Of a stretch of 64,000 nt of DNA, positions 47,653 through 57,220 are shown piece after piece. The stretch is from Thermoplasmata archaeon (GTDB lineage: Archaea > Thermoplasmatota > Thermoplasmata > UBA10834 > DTMW01). Each line of letters starts with the position of its first letter. Position 1 is the first letter of the stretch. The translations under genes were made by a program, and so were the position numbers. Location of the stretch: the NCBI GenBank assembly GCA_038852105.1, contig JAWCKK010000005.1, positions 1,899-65,898 of the forward strand. Direction: 5' to 3'. The notes beneath the pieces are model-generated. The model ran no database searches, was not told the origin of the DNA, and saw only the letters and a program-made list of their open reading frames with translations.

Positions 47653-50217
47653 CTATTTAGATGATGTCTCCTGCTTCCTCGCACGGATACGATACTTGCC
47701 TACCGGAGCAACTATTTCTATGCGCGCTCCCTGATAATCTCCATCCGGCACTCTGACTACCATACCCGTTATCGCGAGTATCTGATTCGCGAGATACAGA
47801 CCAAACCCAGACTTTCCTTTGATCCTCGTCTTGAACAGGACTGGCTTAAGCTCAGAAGGAAAACCGACGCCGTTGTCCTCGAACGTGATCTTATAGCCAT
47901 TATCGATTTCCTCGCCCCAGAGCCTGATCTCGGTGAGCGTCTTGCCATGTTTGACAGAATTGTCAATCAGATTATGGAATACCTTCTCCACCATCGGATC
48001 CGCGAATATTTCGACGTCTTTGATTTCGTTCCTTATCGAGATATTTTCGAGCTTGAAGTCCCTGCTGGCGCGCTCAAATACGTCCTTTACATTCAACCAC
48101 TCAGGGCCTTTCACGCCTATATTCTGATATTCCGTCACGAACTCGAACTGCCGCTGAATTGAAAAAGCCGCGTCTGCTATTCTGTCCAGGTACTGCAGAA
48201 CCGATTTGTCCTGACATGTATTTCTAATGAAGTCGACGTATCCCTGGATGGTCGCGAGCTGGTTGTAGGTATCGTGCTTGGTGATATCCCCCAGTATGCT
48301 CAGTTTCTGGTTCGCCTGCTTCAGACGTTCCTCCGCGAGCTTCCTGTCGGTTATGTCAATCGACATCGAGAACCCGACTATTCTATTGTCGGGCCAATTT
48401 ATGGCGCGGTCTAGGCACCGATACCATTTCTTGGTGAGCAGATTCTGTTGCTCGGAGATATGGACGAGGCCGATGTTCTCTCCGAATATCTTGTCGTTCG
48501 TGCAGAAAGGACATGGGGCGTCGAGGCCTTGCAAGGCCTTGTAACATTTCTGACCGACGACATCGCCAAAGAGCTCGCGTGCCGCCCCGTTGATGAACAG
48601 CAACTCGTAGGTCGCCGGATCAAATACGTGAATCGGGTCGTCGATGCTGTTGAACAGCGACTCGAGCTGCTGATGGCTAGCCTCGGCCGCCATCCTCATC
48701 TTCTCCCTGTCTGTGACGTCTCGAACATACTCGATGACCCCTTCTATCTCGACCGTCCTGGGATTTCGTATGGGAAAACTGAATAGGTCCAGCCATCCGA
48801 CGACCTCTCCGTCCGGGCCTGTCTTCGGGACTATATTGTATTCTGGTTTGCCGGATTTCAGGGCGCGGTCGGTCGGGCACACCTTGCATGGTTCTGTACG
48901 TCCATGATAGGCCTCGTAGCATTTTTTCCCGACGAGCGGCAAGGCATGGGAGTACCACCTCTCCATCGCGTTGTTCACTCTCACGATGTTCAGGTCCTTG
49001 TCGAGGATGCTGATGCCGTCCTGGATGCTCGAAAGAATTTCGGAGATGAACTTATCGCCATCGCTGAGAGCCCTTTCGGCGAGGTGTCTTTCGGTCACAT
49101 CCCGCGAATATAATATCACGCCTTCCGAGCAGCCGGTCTCCGGGTTTATAAGCGGGAAGTGATAGACCTCAATCCATGTGTCCCGGTCGTCGGGGTCCCT
49201 GCGGTATATCTTCTCGCGTATTATCTCTTTCTTCTCGATTGCCCGCCAGGCATTGCAATCCGGGCAACGAGAAGTCCTATTGTCGTACGCGTAATAGCAT
49301 TTCTTTCCAACGACAGGGGGATTGAACGGTTTGTAGATGACATTCATCGCAGGGTTCGAATAGAGAACATTCAAATCCTTGTCGAGGATACAGAGGCCAT
49401 CCTGGACGCTCTCGAGCACGTTGTTGAAGAGTTGCACCTGCTTGCTCAGTGCGCGCTCCATTTTGGCAAGATCTTCGTTGTCGAACGCGAATGTTGCTAT
49501 CGCGGTTATTTTGCCCTCAGAGTCCTTTATAGGAATCTTTGTGACTGCGACGTTCATCGTCTTTCCTCTGAAATCCCGGCTCTCGTGGAAATAGAGGGTC
49601 TTTCCCGTCTCGAGAACCTGGCGTTCCTCGTTTTCGGTCCAGTCCGAGAATTCCTTCGGGAAGAACTCCCTGGACGTCTTCCCGAGCATTTCCTGCTCGG
49701 GCTTGCAAGCAAAGTCGCAGAATTTCTTGTTGACGACTAGATATCTGCCCTCGAGGTCTTTTACGAAGACATACGCGGGGATATTATCCAATATGCTCCT
49801 GAGTTGCCATTGGAGTTCTCGAAGCTCTCTGCGGCTCTTTTGCGCGTCCGCGAAGCGCTCGACGGCCATCTGCAGCTGTGCGAACTGAACCTCGGGCTGA
49901 CCACGTTTCGGAATATAAGAATCCATACCCGCGCTCAAAGCCTCATCGAAAATTTCTTCCTGATTTCTCCCGGTGAACAAGATAAAGGGGACCTGCACAT
50001 TTGAAGAGCGCAAATGCTTGAGAAAGTCTATCCCGGTTCCGTCCGACATCTGATATTCTGATACTATGACATCGAATTCTTTTCGTGATACCAGTAGCTT
50101 CGCATCCTCGAGCGATTCCGATGCCTCGACTTCGATCTCCTGATGCTTCTCTAAATGCCGCTTCGAGGCTTCAAGAGCAGATTGTTCGCTGTCGATGAGG
50201 AGGACCTTTATTGTCAT
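47653..50217 (-). CDS. Hybrid sensor histidine kinase: N-terminal receiver + multiple PAS domains + HisKA/HATPase_c
   Basis: REC domain (KVLLIDSE ... phospho-acceptor Asp in DVIVSEYQMSDG ... K in IPKRG), at least 4 PAS/PAC repeats with conserved Cys (CxxC-type motifs in three of them), then an H-box region and a G-box (FEDNGVGFP, GKSGFGLYL). Start set at the internal Met. Confidence 0.85.
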   Translation of the reverse strand: MTIKVLLIDSEQSALEASKRHLEKHQEIEVEASESLEDAKLLVSRKEFDVIVSEYQMSDGTGIDFLKHLRSSNVQVPFILFTGRNQEEIFDEALSAGMDSYIPKRGQPEVQFAQLQMAVERFADAQKSRRELRELQWQLRSILDNIPAYVFVKDLEGRYLVVNKKFCDFACKPEQEMLGKTSREFFPKEFSDWTENEERQVLETGKTLYFHESRDFRGKTMNVAVTKIPIKDSEGKITAIATFAFDNEDLAKMERALSKQVQLFNNVLESVQDGLCILDKDLNVLYSNPAMNVIYKPFNPPVVGKKCYYAYDNRTSRCPDCNAWRAIEKKEIIREKIYRRDPDDRDTWIEVYHFPLINPETGCSEGVILYSRDVTERHLAERALSDGDKFISEILSSIQDGISILDKDLNIVRVNNAMERWYSHALPLVGKKCYEAYHGRTEPCKVCPTDRALKSGKPEYNIVPKTGPDGEVVGWLDLFSFPIRNPRTVEIEGVIEYVRDVTDREKMRMAAEASHQQLESLFNSIDDPIHVFDPATYELLFINGAARELFGDVVGQKCYKALQGLDAPCPFCTNDKIFGENIGLVHISEQQNLLTKKWYRCLDRAINWPDNRIVGFSMSIDITDRKLAEERLKQANQKLSILGDITKHDTYNQLATIQGYVDFIRNTCQDKSVLQYLDRIADAAFSIQRQFEFVTEYQNIGVKGPEWLNVKDVFERASRDFKLENISIRNEIKDVEIFADPMVEKVFHNLIDNSVKHGKTLTEIRLWGEEIDNGYKITFEDNGVGFPSELKPVLFKTRIKGKSGFGLYLANQILAITGMVVRVPDGDYQGARIEIVAPVGKYRIRARKQETSSK

Positions 50218-50393
50218 AGGACCAGGCGTCCTTGATGACTGCGGGGCAACTGAAATCATCAACCGATTAGATAATACTAGCCCGAACCGCACCTGCCCGT
50301 TTCGATATCTGTGCTTTGAGCTGCTCTCTGGACTAAGAATCTTACGTGCAATCCAATAAAATGAAATATCTCGCTTGAGGTAATGCCCATAAG

Positions 50394-50987
50394 ATGCCGA
50401 AATTCATAGTTCTCGAAGGAATAGACGGTTCCGGGAAATCCAGCGTAAAGAAGGCCCTTCCTGAGAGGCTCGGAACAGAGAACCTGGTTCTTACCGAGGA
50501 ACCGACCGATACCTGGCTCGGGGAAGCGGTCAGGAAATCCCACCGGGAAAAGGTCAACCCGTTCACGGAAGCCTTCCTGTTCATCGCAGACAGGGCAGCG
50601 CACTCGGAACTGATACGCGGTTGGCTTGGGCAGGGAAAAAATGTGATCTGCGATAGGTACTATCATTCTACTGTGGCGTATCAGAGCGCGGCATTGGAGG
50701 GAACGGTCGATTTCGATCCTGTGCCTTGGCTTCTGTCTATCAATCGCAAGGTATCTATAGAGCCCGACTTGGTGTTTCTCTTCAGGATAGATCCGAAGGT
50801 CGCCCTATCGAGGCTGAAAAATCGGAACGAGCTATCGAAATTCGAGCAGATAGGGTTCTTGGAGAAGGTTGCGGCGAACTACGATAGGCTAACGGAACTA
50901 TGTCGAAACATCGTGGTGATAGATGCATCACAGCCTTTTGAAGAGGTCATCCTGGAGGTCATGAGCAACCTATATGGCAATATTTAA
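50394..50987 (+). CDS. tmk: Thymidylate kinase
   Basis: P-loop LEGIDGSGKSS, DRY motif (ICDRYYHS) and LID region. Confidence 0.85.
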   Translation: MPKFIVLEGIDGSGKSSVKKALPERLGTENLVLTEEPTDTWLGEAVRKSHREKVNPFTEAFLFIADRAAHSELIRGWLGQGKNVICDRYYHSTVAYQSAALEGTVDFDPVPWLLSINRKVSIEPDLVFLFRIDPKVALSRLKNRNELSKFEQIGFLEKVAANYDRLTELCRNIVVIDASQPFEEVILEVMSNLYGNI

Positions 50988-51014
50988 GTCCAGGCATTCG
51001 GATAGGCGCCACCC

Positions 51015-52214
51015 ATGCATCCTGCCGAAATACTCAGGAACTCCGGAAAAAACGGAAGGTTCGCCGGAAAGCACATCCTTGTCTGCGTCACGGGAAGCAT
51101 AGCTGCTGTCGAGGATGTCAAGCTAATAAGAGAGTTCATCAGGCAAGGCGCGGAGGTCACGGTTGCGATGACCGAGAGCGCAACCAGGATCGTTCATCCG
51201 GAAGCTCTCTGGTTCGCGTCAGGAAGAAAGCCGATCACCGCCTTGGACGGCGATGTACAGCACGTGACCGTGTGCGGCTCCAATCCGGGTGGCGCAGATG
51301 CCGTTCTTGTCGCTCCTTGTACCGCGAACATGATCTCGAAAATCGCGACGGGGATTTGCGACGATGCGGTCAGCACGATGCTTGTCACGGCAATCGGGGC
51401 GAAGAAATCGATTATCATTGCGCCCGGAATGCATGGAGATATGTGGCAGAACAAAATCCTGCAGGAAAACCTGCGAAAGTTGAGAGATTTGGGAATAACG
51501 ATAGTTGAACCGTCCCTCGACGAAGGAAAGGCAAAGATGGCAGAAATTGAGACTATCGTCTGCGCCACCGGTAGGGGTATGCTCGGAGGCCCTCTAAGAG
51601 GCAGGAAAGTCACCGTTATAGGCGGCTCCACTATAGAGCCGATTGACGCGGTTAGGTGCATCACGAATGCAAGCACCGGGGGAACCGCGGTCGCGCTGGC
51701 GAAGGAAGCCTACATGAGAGGTGCGGACGTTGAGCTGCTAATGGGCAATTGCGCGGTCCAATTGCCTGGCTTCCTCCCCTCAAAGCGATTCAAGACGGCA
51801 AGAGATCTCGAGAAACTTGTATCAGGGAAGAAGATGGACATAGTGCTGATGCCCGCGGCCGTTTCGGATTACTCGCCCGACAGGGCGTTCAAAGGCAAGA
51901 TGCCGTCGGACAAAGAATCTCTTTCAATCGTGCTGAAAAGGAACGAAAAAGTCATCGACTCGATAGACGCATCAATCCTTGTCGGCTTCAAACTCGAAGT
52001 CGGGATATCGGTTGAGGATTTGAAGGAGAGGGCGAGAGAGAGGATGAACTCGAGTAAGATGACCGCAATCGTCGCGAACAGGCTCGAGGACGTGAAGGAG
52101 GATAGCTCACGAGCATTCATGCTAGATAGATCCGGCGATGAGATCGAGCTGTACGGAACCAGAGACGAAATCGCAAGAGGCATCATCGACCAGCTGATAA
52201 AGGGTTTGAGATGA
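51015..52214 (+). CDS. coaBC: Bifunctional phosphopantothenoylcysteine decarboxylase / phosphopantothenate-cysteine ligase (CoaBC)
   Basis: Flavoprotein N-domain (ILVCVTGSIAAVE, PAMHGDMW) and a C-terminal DFP domain (GGSTIEP...ITNASTG, AAVSDY). Confidence 0.9.
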   Translation: MHPAEILRNSGKNGRFAGKHILVCVTGSIAAVEDVKLIREFIRQGAEVTVAMTESATRIVHPEALWFASGRKPITALDGDVQHVTVCGSNPGGADAVLVAPCTANMISKIATGICDDAVSTMLVTAIGAKKSIIIAPGMHGDMWQNKILQENLRKLRDLGITIVEPSLDEGKAKMAEIETIVCATGRGMLGGPLRGRKVTVIGGSTIEPIDAVRCITNASTGGTAVALAKEAYMRGADVELLMGNCAVQLPGFLPSKRFKTARDLEKLVSGKKMDIVLMPAAVSDYSPDRAFKGKMPSDKESLSIVLKRNEKVIDSIDASILVGFKLEVGISVEDLKERARERMNSSKMTAIVANRLEDVKEDSSRAFMLDRSGDEIELYGTRDEIARGIIDQLIKGLR

Positions 52215-53080
52215 CTGTACGCAAGGCCGCGTTCTGCCCAGGGCACATAACCGCATTTTTTGAAATCTGCGACGACGCCCAGGAATTGTTGAGGAAGGGC
52301 TCTCGGGGAGCAGGTCTATGCATCTCGCTAGGGGCGAGAAGCACGGTCTCAATCGAGGAATCCTCCTGGCAAGAATTGAAGATAAGGATAGACGGGCGGG
52401 AAACGGATGCGCCCGTGACCAGGGATGCCTTGAATTACTTGCTTGGCGAGAGAAAGCTGAGAGTAGAAGTTGATACCGCGCTCGATCTGCCGATGGAGCA
52501 GGGGTTTGCAATGAGTGCAGCCGGCTCTCTCTCTGCCGCCTTGGCGACATGCGAGGCAATTGGCATCGATCATCGCAAGGCATACGAGGCCGCACACATC
52601 GCAGAAGTCAAGAACCTGACAGGCCTCGGCGACATCGCAGGAATCTGCGCTGGCGCTATGGAGCTCAGAGCCGAACCCGGCCTGCCGCCCTTCGGACGCG
52701 TCGAGCGAATCGATATCGAGGCGGAGCTCGTATTATCCGTCTTGGGCAAGCCGATAAAGACGCCGGGCATTCTCGGTGACCCTGAGAGGAGAAAGGCGAT
52801 TTCTGCCGCTGGCAATAAATGCGTAGCAGAATTTTCGGAACATAAGACCTTGGAGCATCTGTTCGCCCTGGGGATGGAATTCGTCGAGAACGCCGGGCTG
52901 ATCTCGCCTGAGGTCTTGAAGGGCATCATGGCCGCGGAAGAGCACGGGATATCGAGCATGGTGATGCTCGGCAACTCGATTTTCTGCGTCGGCGAGACAA
53001 AGGAGCTCATGAAAGACTTGAAGCCGCTAGGGCATTCATACAGATGCGAGATAGATCGAAAGGGCCCGAGGATTCTCTGA
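52211..53080 (+). CDS. GHMP-family kinase, probable archaeal pantoate kinase
   Basis: GHITAFFE N-terminus and the GHMP motif GSRGAGLCISLGA. It sits immediately downstream of coaBC with a 4-nt overlap, the archaeal CoA-pathway context. Confidence 0.6.
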   Translation: MTVRKAAFCPGHITAFFEICDDAQELLRKGSRGAGLCISLGARSTVSIEESSWQELKIRIDGRETDAPVTRDALNYLLGERKLRVEVDTALDLPMEQGFAMSAAGSLSAALATCEAIGIDHRKAYEAAHIAEVKNLTGLGDIAGICAGAMELRAEPGLPPFGRVERIDIEAELVLSVLGKPIKTPGILGDPERRKAISAAGNKCVAEFSEHKTLEHLFALGMEFVENAGLISPEVLKGIMAAEEHGISSMVMLGNSIFCVGETKELMKDLKPLGHSYRCEIDRKGPRIL

Positions 53081-53086
53081 CAAAGC

Positions 53087-53320
53087 TCATTCGAAAAGCG
53101 TGAACAGCTGGTCATCTCCGCCGACATCGAACAGCCCGATGCGCGCCCCGCAGTCCAGCCAACCGTGGGCATAATTGATGCACGCGAACGCGTTCACGTA
53201 ATCTCCCTTCTTTGCGAAATCGATGGCATCGGACCTATAGCTCTTCGCCATTTCGAGAAAATCGTCAGCCAGCTTTCGCAAATAGGATTTTTCAGGGGCA
53301 GCTATCTTGAGCTTCCTCAT
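53087..53320 (-). CDS. Small conserved archaeal protein (DUF357-like)
   Basis: 77 aa with the helical pattern FLEMAKSYRSDAIDFAKKGDYVNAFACINYAHGWLDCGARIGL. It lies downstream of herA on the same strand. Confidence 0.4.
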   Translation of the reverse strand: MRKLKIAAPEKSYLRKLADDFLEMAKSYRSDAIDFAKKGDYVNAFACINYAHGWLDCGARIGLFDVGGDDQLFTLFE

Positions 53321-53387
53321 CGCTCTATCCGTAATATTGAGGTACTTCTCGAGACGCTCCTTCGTGACCTCGCTTCCGGTCAGAAGC

Positions 53388-55010
53388 TCACATCCTCTTC
53401 GAGGGCACTATCTCGATGCTCTCCCCGCCGTGTTTCGTCTCCCTCGGCCTGATATCGACGAACAGCGGCATCGCCGTGCCTCCGCCCGTGACAAGCGCCG
53501 TGCCTATCGGAAGGCGTTGGATCTCCTCTTCCATTGCTTCCGTCAATCCCTCGATTGAAGCCGAAATCGCCTTCAGGTCGTTCGGGTTGAGCACCTTGAG
53601 GATTATCTGAGTGTTGCACTGGCTAAGCACGTTCTTGTCCACCTTCGCAGGGCGTTGAGATATGATGGTCAACCCGAGCCCGAACTTCCTGCCCTCAGAG
53701 GCTATCGTCCGCATTATCTTCGTCGAGCACGCCTTCCCCTGTTGCGGAGCGAAGTTGTGCGCCTCCTCGCATACGAGCATCAGGGGCGGTATCTTATCGC
53801 TCTTCCTCAGCTCGAACAGGCTCGTGCAAAGCCTATTGACTATGAGTTCCTGGATGTCGGGCGGCGCTCCCTTGAGGTTTATGACGGTCGTCTTCCCCTT
53901 CCGGACGAGCTCGTCAATCCTTGTGCCCTTGTCCGCGAATATCTCAGACTCCTGAAGGTATTCTAGTTCGCTCACTAGAGTGTTCACCTGCGGGTCCTCG
54001 GTGGCGAGCAGGGAGTCGATGACATCCTTCAGAGTGAAGTCCCCCTTCGCCTCTCTAAGCACATCCAGGGTTCTCCTCAGCATGGTGAGGTACGACCTCA
54101 CATTCTTGATATTCGTGAGAGATAGAATCTCCCTCGCATCGAGCGCGCTCAACGTGAACCTGAGCGGCTTCGCATCCTTGTTTATGGCCGTGTTCGCCGC
54201 GAATTCTATGACTCTATCGGCATATCCCCGCGGATGAACTCCGAAATCGCGAGCCGTCTTTTCGACCCGCCCCTTCTCCCCGAGCGTGTGATACTCGCCG
54301 TGGGGATCTATTATCACGGTCGTCACGTCATGCTTCATGAACTCCTCTATCAGGTCGCCGCTACAGTACGACTTCCCAGCGCCCGTCATCGCGAGGATGC
54401 TCACGTGCTTCTGAACCATCTTGTTGATGTCCAGCTCGACCCGTATGTCGTGACCCGAGAGAAGGCCTATGTAGGCCCCGGTCGGAGAGCCTTCCTTCAA
54501 TCCGACTACCTGTCGGATGAGGTCGTCCGTCGCCCTGTATACGGCCGCTCCTGCCCTGAGCGGAGTCCTCGGGCTCTGGAGGAGATTCCGCTCGTCCCTA
54601 TAGCCGATCAAACTGACCCTGGCAATCTCCTTCTCTTCGATGTCCAAGCTCGCGCCTTTCACCGCCTCGACCGCCTTTGCCGCGGTGAAATCCGTGACGC
54701 GTTCTATCTCGATAATCTGACCGAGAATCCACCCGTGATGCTCGTGCTCCGTCTGCACGTACTCCAGCTTCTCGATTTCGCCAGTTAGGAGTATGTTGAA
54801 CGAGGTCGTCCCCACATTGCCATAGATCACTCCTATCTCAACCAGTCCTGACTTCGATGACCTGGCATGCCTCACCGCATGCTCCTTTTCAGGCCTCTCC
54901 GCCGGTGGCGGAGGCGGAGGAAGAACCTGGGCTTCGCTATCCGAAGACGCCTCTGGCTCATCTTGAGCCTGAGAATACGCAAGCTCGGTGATAGGCTCGT
55001 TCAGATGCAT
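53388..55010 (-). CDS. herA: HerA-like / DUF87 ATPase (FtsK-HerA superfamily)
   Basis: HAS-barrel-like N-domain, Walker A AMTGAGKSY and Walker B LMLVCEEAHNF. An unusual acidic/proline-rich N-extension (EPEASSDSEAQVLPPPPPPAERPE) precedes them. No nurA, mre11 or rad50 is adjacent. Confidence 0.75.
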   Translation of the reverse strand: MHLNEPITELAYSQAQDEPEASSDSEAQVLPPPPPPAERPEKEHAVRHARSSKSGLVEIGVIYGNVGTTSFNILLTGEIEKLEYVQTEHEHHGWILGQIIEIERVTDFTAAKAVEAVKGASLDIEEKEIARVSLIGYRDERNLLQSPRTPLRAGAAVYRATDDLIRQVVGLKEGSPTGAYIGLLSGHDIRVELDINKMVQKHVSILAMTGAGKSYCSGDLIEEFMKHDVTTVIIDPHGEYHTLGEKGRVEKTARDFGVHPRGYADRVIEFAANTAINKDAKPLRFTLSALDAREILSLTNIKNVRSYLTMLRRTLDVLREAKGDFTLKDVIDSLLATEDPQVNTLVSELEYLQESEIFADKGTRIDELVRKGKTTVINLKGAPPDIQELIVNRLCTSLFELRKSDKIPPLMLVCEEAHNFAPQQGKACSTKIMRTIASEGRKFGLGLTIISQRPAKVDKNVLSQCNTQIILKVLNPNDLKAISASIEGLTEAMEEEIQRLPIGTALVTGGGTAMPLFVDIRPRETKHGGESIEIVPSKRM

Positions 55011-55145
55011 CCCATCTTTTCACTTCTATCTGCCAATCCATTTATAAATGTTATTGGAATGACGCTGATGTGGCCGATGTGCCTGCGACTTCCCTAAAGT
55101 AGATGTTGCCGGGAGGTCCTTCGGCTGACGGAATGCTGTTCGGGT

Positions 55146-57014
55146 GTGCAGATGAACGAGAGGAGAAAAATTGAATCCGAACTTCTCGCCAGAGTATCTG
55201 GAGACCGGGCGAAGGCTTTCGTGACGGAACTTGCGGGTATCCGACACAGGATTCCGGGGTCTGACGAGGAGCGGGTCGCCGCCGAGAGAATCGCTGACGA
55301 GATGAGGAAACTGGGTCTTGAGGTAGTCATCGAAGAATTCGACGTCGTTTCCTGGGAGCACCATCCGGCGAAGCTGACGCTGTCGAACGGCAGCACGAAA
55401 TCGTTCGACGTGGAGTTCATGCCGTACTCGCCTCCTGTGCGACCGGACGGATCCAAGGGCAGATTGGCCCCGCTGAGGTTCGGTTTTCCGGCTGAATATT
55501 CCGTATTCGGCGATGAAGCCATCATACCAATCGTGGATTTCAATTACGATGCAGGCGCACACCTTGTGGAACTCGCTGCGGCAAGGTCGGGCAAGAACAT
55601 CATCGCCCTCGGAATAATCGCGCATATCGACCGTGCTTTTAGGATAGAGAGCACCCCGATGCTTGCCAAGCCGATATCCTTTCCGGTCTTTTCAATCAGG
55701 AAAGAAGATGGCGAGGAGATACGAAGGCTGTGCGCCGGCGGCGATATCGTGGCCGAGCTCGAAGGCGAATCGAAGATCATACCCGATGCGAAGTCGGAGA
55801 ACGTGATAGGCCGCATGAAAGGTTCTTCAAAGGGCAAACATCGAATCATAGTCTCGGCTCATCACGATGGATGGTTTGCGGGCGCCAACGACAATCTCTC
55901 GTCCGTGGCGAGCATTCTGGAGGTCGCTAGAGCGCTCTCGGGCTCGGAGCTACGGAGAGCCATAGATTTCATTTCGTTCGGCTCGGAGGAAGGAGGGACA
56001 GAAGGATATCAGTACTATCTTTGGGGCTCGAGGCAGTACGTGAAGAAGCATTCGCGCGAGATGAAGGACATTGCATGCATCCTCAACTGCGAACTCGCGG
56101 GCGCGACCAACAGGGAAGCGCTCATCATCGATTGCACCCCGGACATGATATCGTTCTACGAGGGATTGCTGGACAATTGCAAGAATCTGTTGTCCGAAAA
56201 CGGCTGGCTTCCGGAGTTCGGAATCGCCACGCCGACAGCCTCTCAGGCAGATCAGATGAATTTCTCTCTTGCCGGTGTCCCCAGCACCCTTTTCGCGTGG
56301 GCTTGGTACGACGAATACCACACGGATATCGACAAGCCGGAGATTCTGAAACCGAAGCTGCTAGCCACCTTCTCGAAGATGGTCCTTCTCTCGGCGCACG
56401 AGTTCGCGACACTCGAAAAGCTTCCGCTGAGCCTGACCAGATACGCAAGGATAATCCGCATGGGACACACCGGATTGACCTCTCACATAATGGGGGACTT
56501 ATGCAAGGAATCCGTTCCCGGCCTTGAGCATCTCAAAAGGGTATCGAGCGGATTGCTGGACTTCAATCAGGCTTTCGTCGCACTCGACTCATTATCCGTC
56601 GCTGCTGCTGATTTGGAAAGAAGACTTTCCGCCGCAGATGACGACGCGGTTGAAGATTTGAACTCAAAGCTGCTCGGAGCCTGCAATGTGCTCAACAGCG
56701 CATTGTGCCGTACCGGCGGGCTGATGGGCGAGGACCCGATGTTTCCGGGATATCTGGAGTACATCGAGGAGCTCAGGAAGATGAGCGAAGCAAAGGACAA
56801 GATACGAGGCATCGCGGGATCGGATATTCCAACCGAGATATTGTCCGAATTCGTTCCGATACAGACCCCGGAGGTCTCGTTCAGGGAATTCGAAATGCAT
56901 GACGAGATATCGGCTCTCTCGAGAAGGCTCGAAAGAGCTAGGGTAATGCTACAGACCGAGTTGGACCGCATCACGCAGACAATCAACTTGGCCGCCCGCC
57001 ATATCAGCGGGTGA
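55146..57014 (+). CDS. M28-family aminopeptidase with PA domain
   Basis: ENVIGRMKGSSKGKHRIIVSAHHDGW...GANDNLSSVA (M28 zinc ligands H/D, and the second D in GANDN), EEGG (FGSEEGGTEG). 622 aa with a C-terminal extension. Confidence 0.75.
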   Translation: MQMNERRKIESELLARVSGDRAKAFVTELAGIRHRIPGSDEERVAAERIADEMRKLGLEVVIEEFDVVSWEHHPAKLTLSNGSTKSFDVEFMPYSPPVRPDGSKGRLAPLRFGFPAEYSVFGDEAIIPIVDFNYDAGAHLVELAAARSGKNIIALGIIAHIDRAFRIESTPMLAKPISFPVFSIRKEDGEEIRRLCAGGDIVAELEGESKIIPDAKSENVIGRMKGSSKGKHRIIVSAHHDGWFAGANDNLSSVASILEVARALSGSELRRAIDFISFGSEEGGTEGYQYYLWGSRQYVKKHSREMKDIACILNCELAGATNREALIIDCTPDMISFYEGLLDNCKNLLSENGWLPEFGIATPTASQADQMNFSLAGVPSTLFAWAWYDEYHTDIDKPEILKPKLLATFSKMVLLSAHEFATLEKLPLSLTRYARIIRMGHTGLTSHIMGDLCKESVPGLEHLKRVSSGLLDFNQAFVALDSLSVAAADLERRLSAADDDAVEDLNSKLLGACNVLNSALCRTGGLMGEDPMFPGYLEYIEELRKMSEAKDKIRGIAGSDIPTEILSEFVPIQTPEVSFREFEMHDEISALSRRLERARVMLQTELDRITQTINLAARHISG

Positions 57015-57220
57015 AATTGTTTCAGCGGTCCCACGGTGATGATAGGACATTTTTTCAAAACTCCCGAATCATTTCCCTCACCCCAGATAAAGTTTCTTCT
57101 CGTCCTCCCCCCAACCCCTGGGGATTCAATTGAAAAGATGTATCTTCCTATCGAGCAGAACAATCATAATAACACCCTTCGAGTCATCAAGGTAGCAAGC
57201 ACCACCATCAGGGGCAAATC

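Noticed and set aside
52570-53172. 200-aa minus-strand ORF antisense to the GHMP kinase (similar antisense ORFs occur at 58596..59504 and 60204..60887 inside mttB paralogs)
   Set aside because: Arg/Pro-rich translation typical of the reverse frame of a GC-rich gene, with no motifs. The sense-strand genes are unambiguous.
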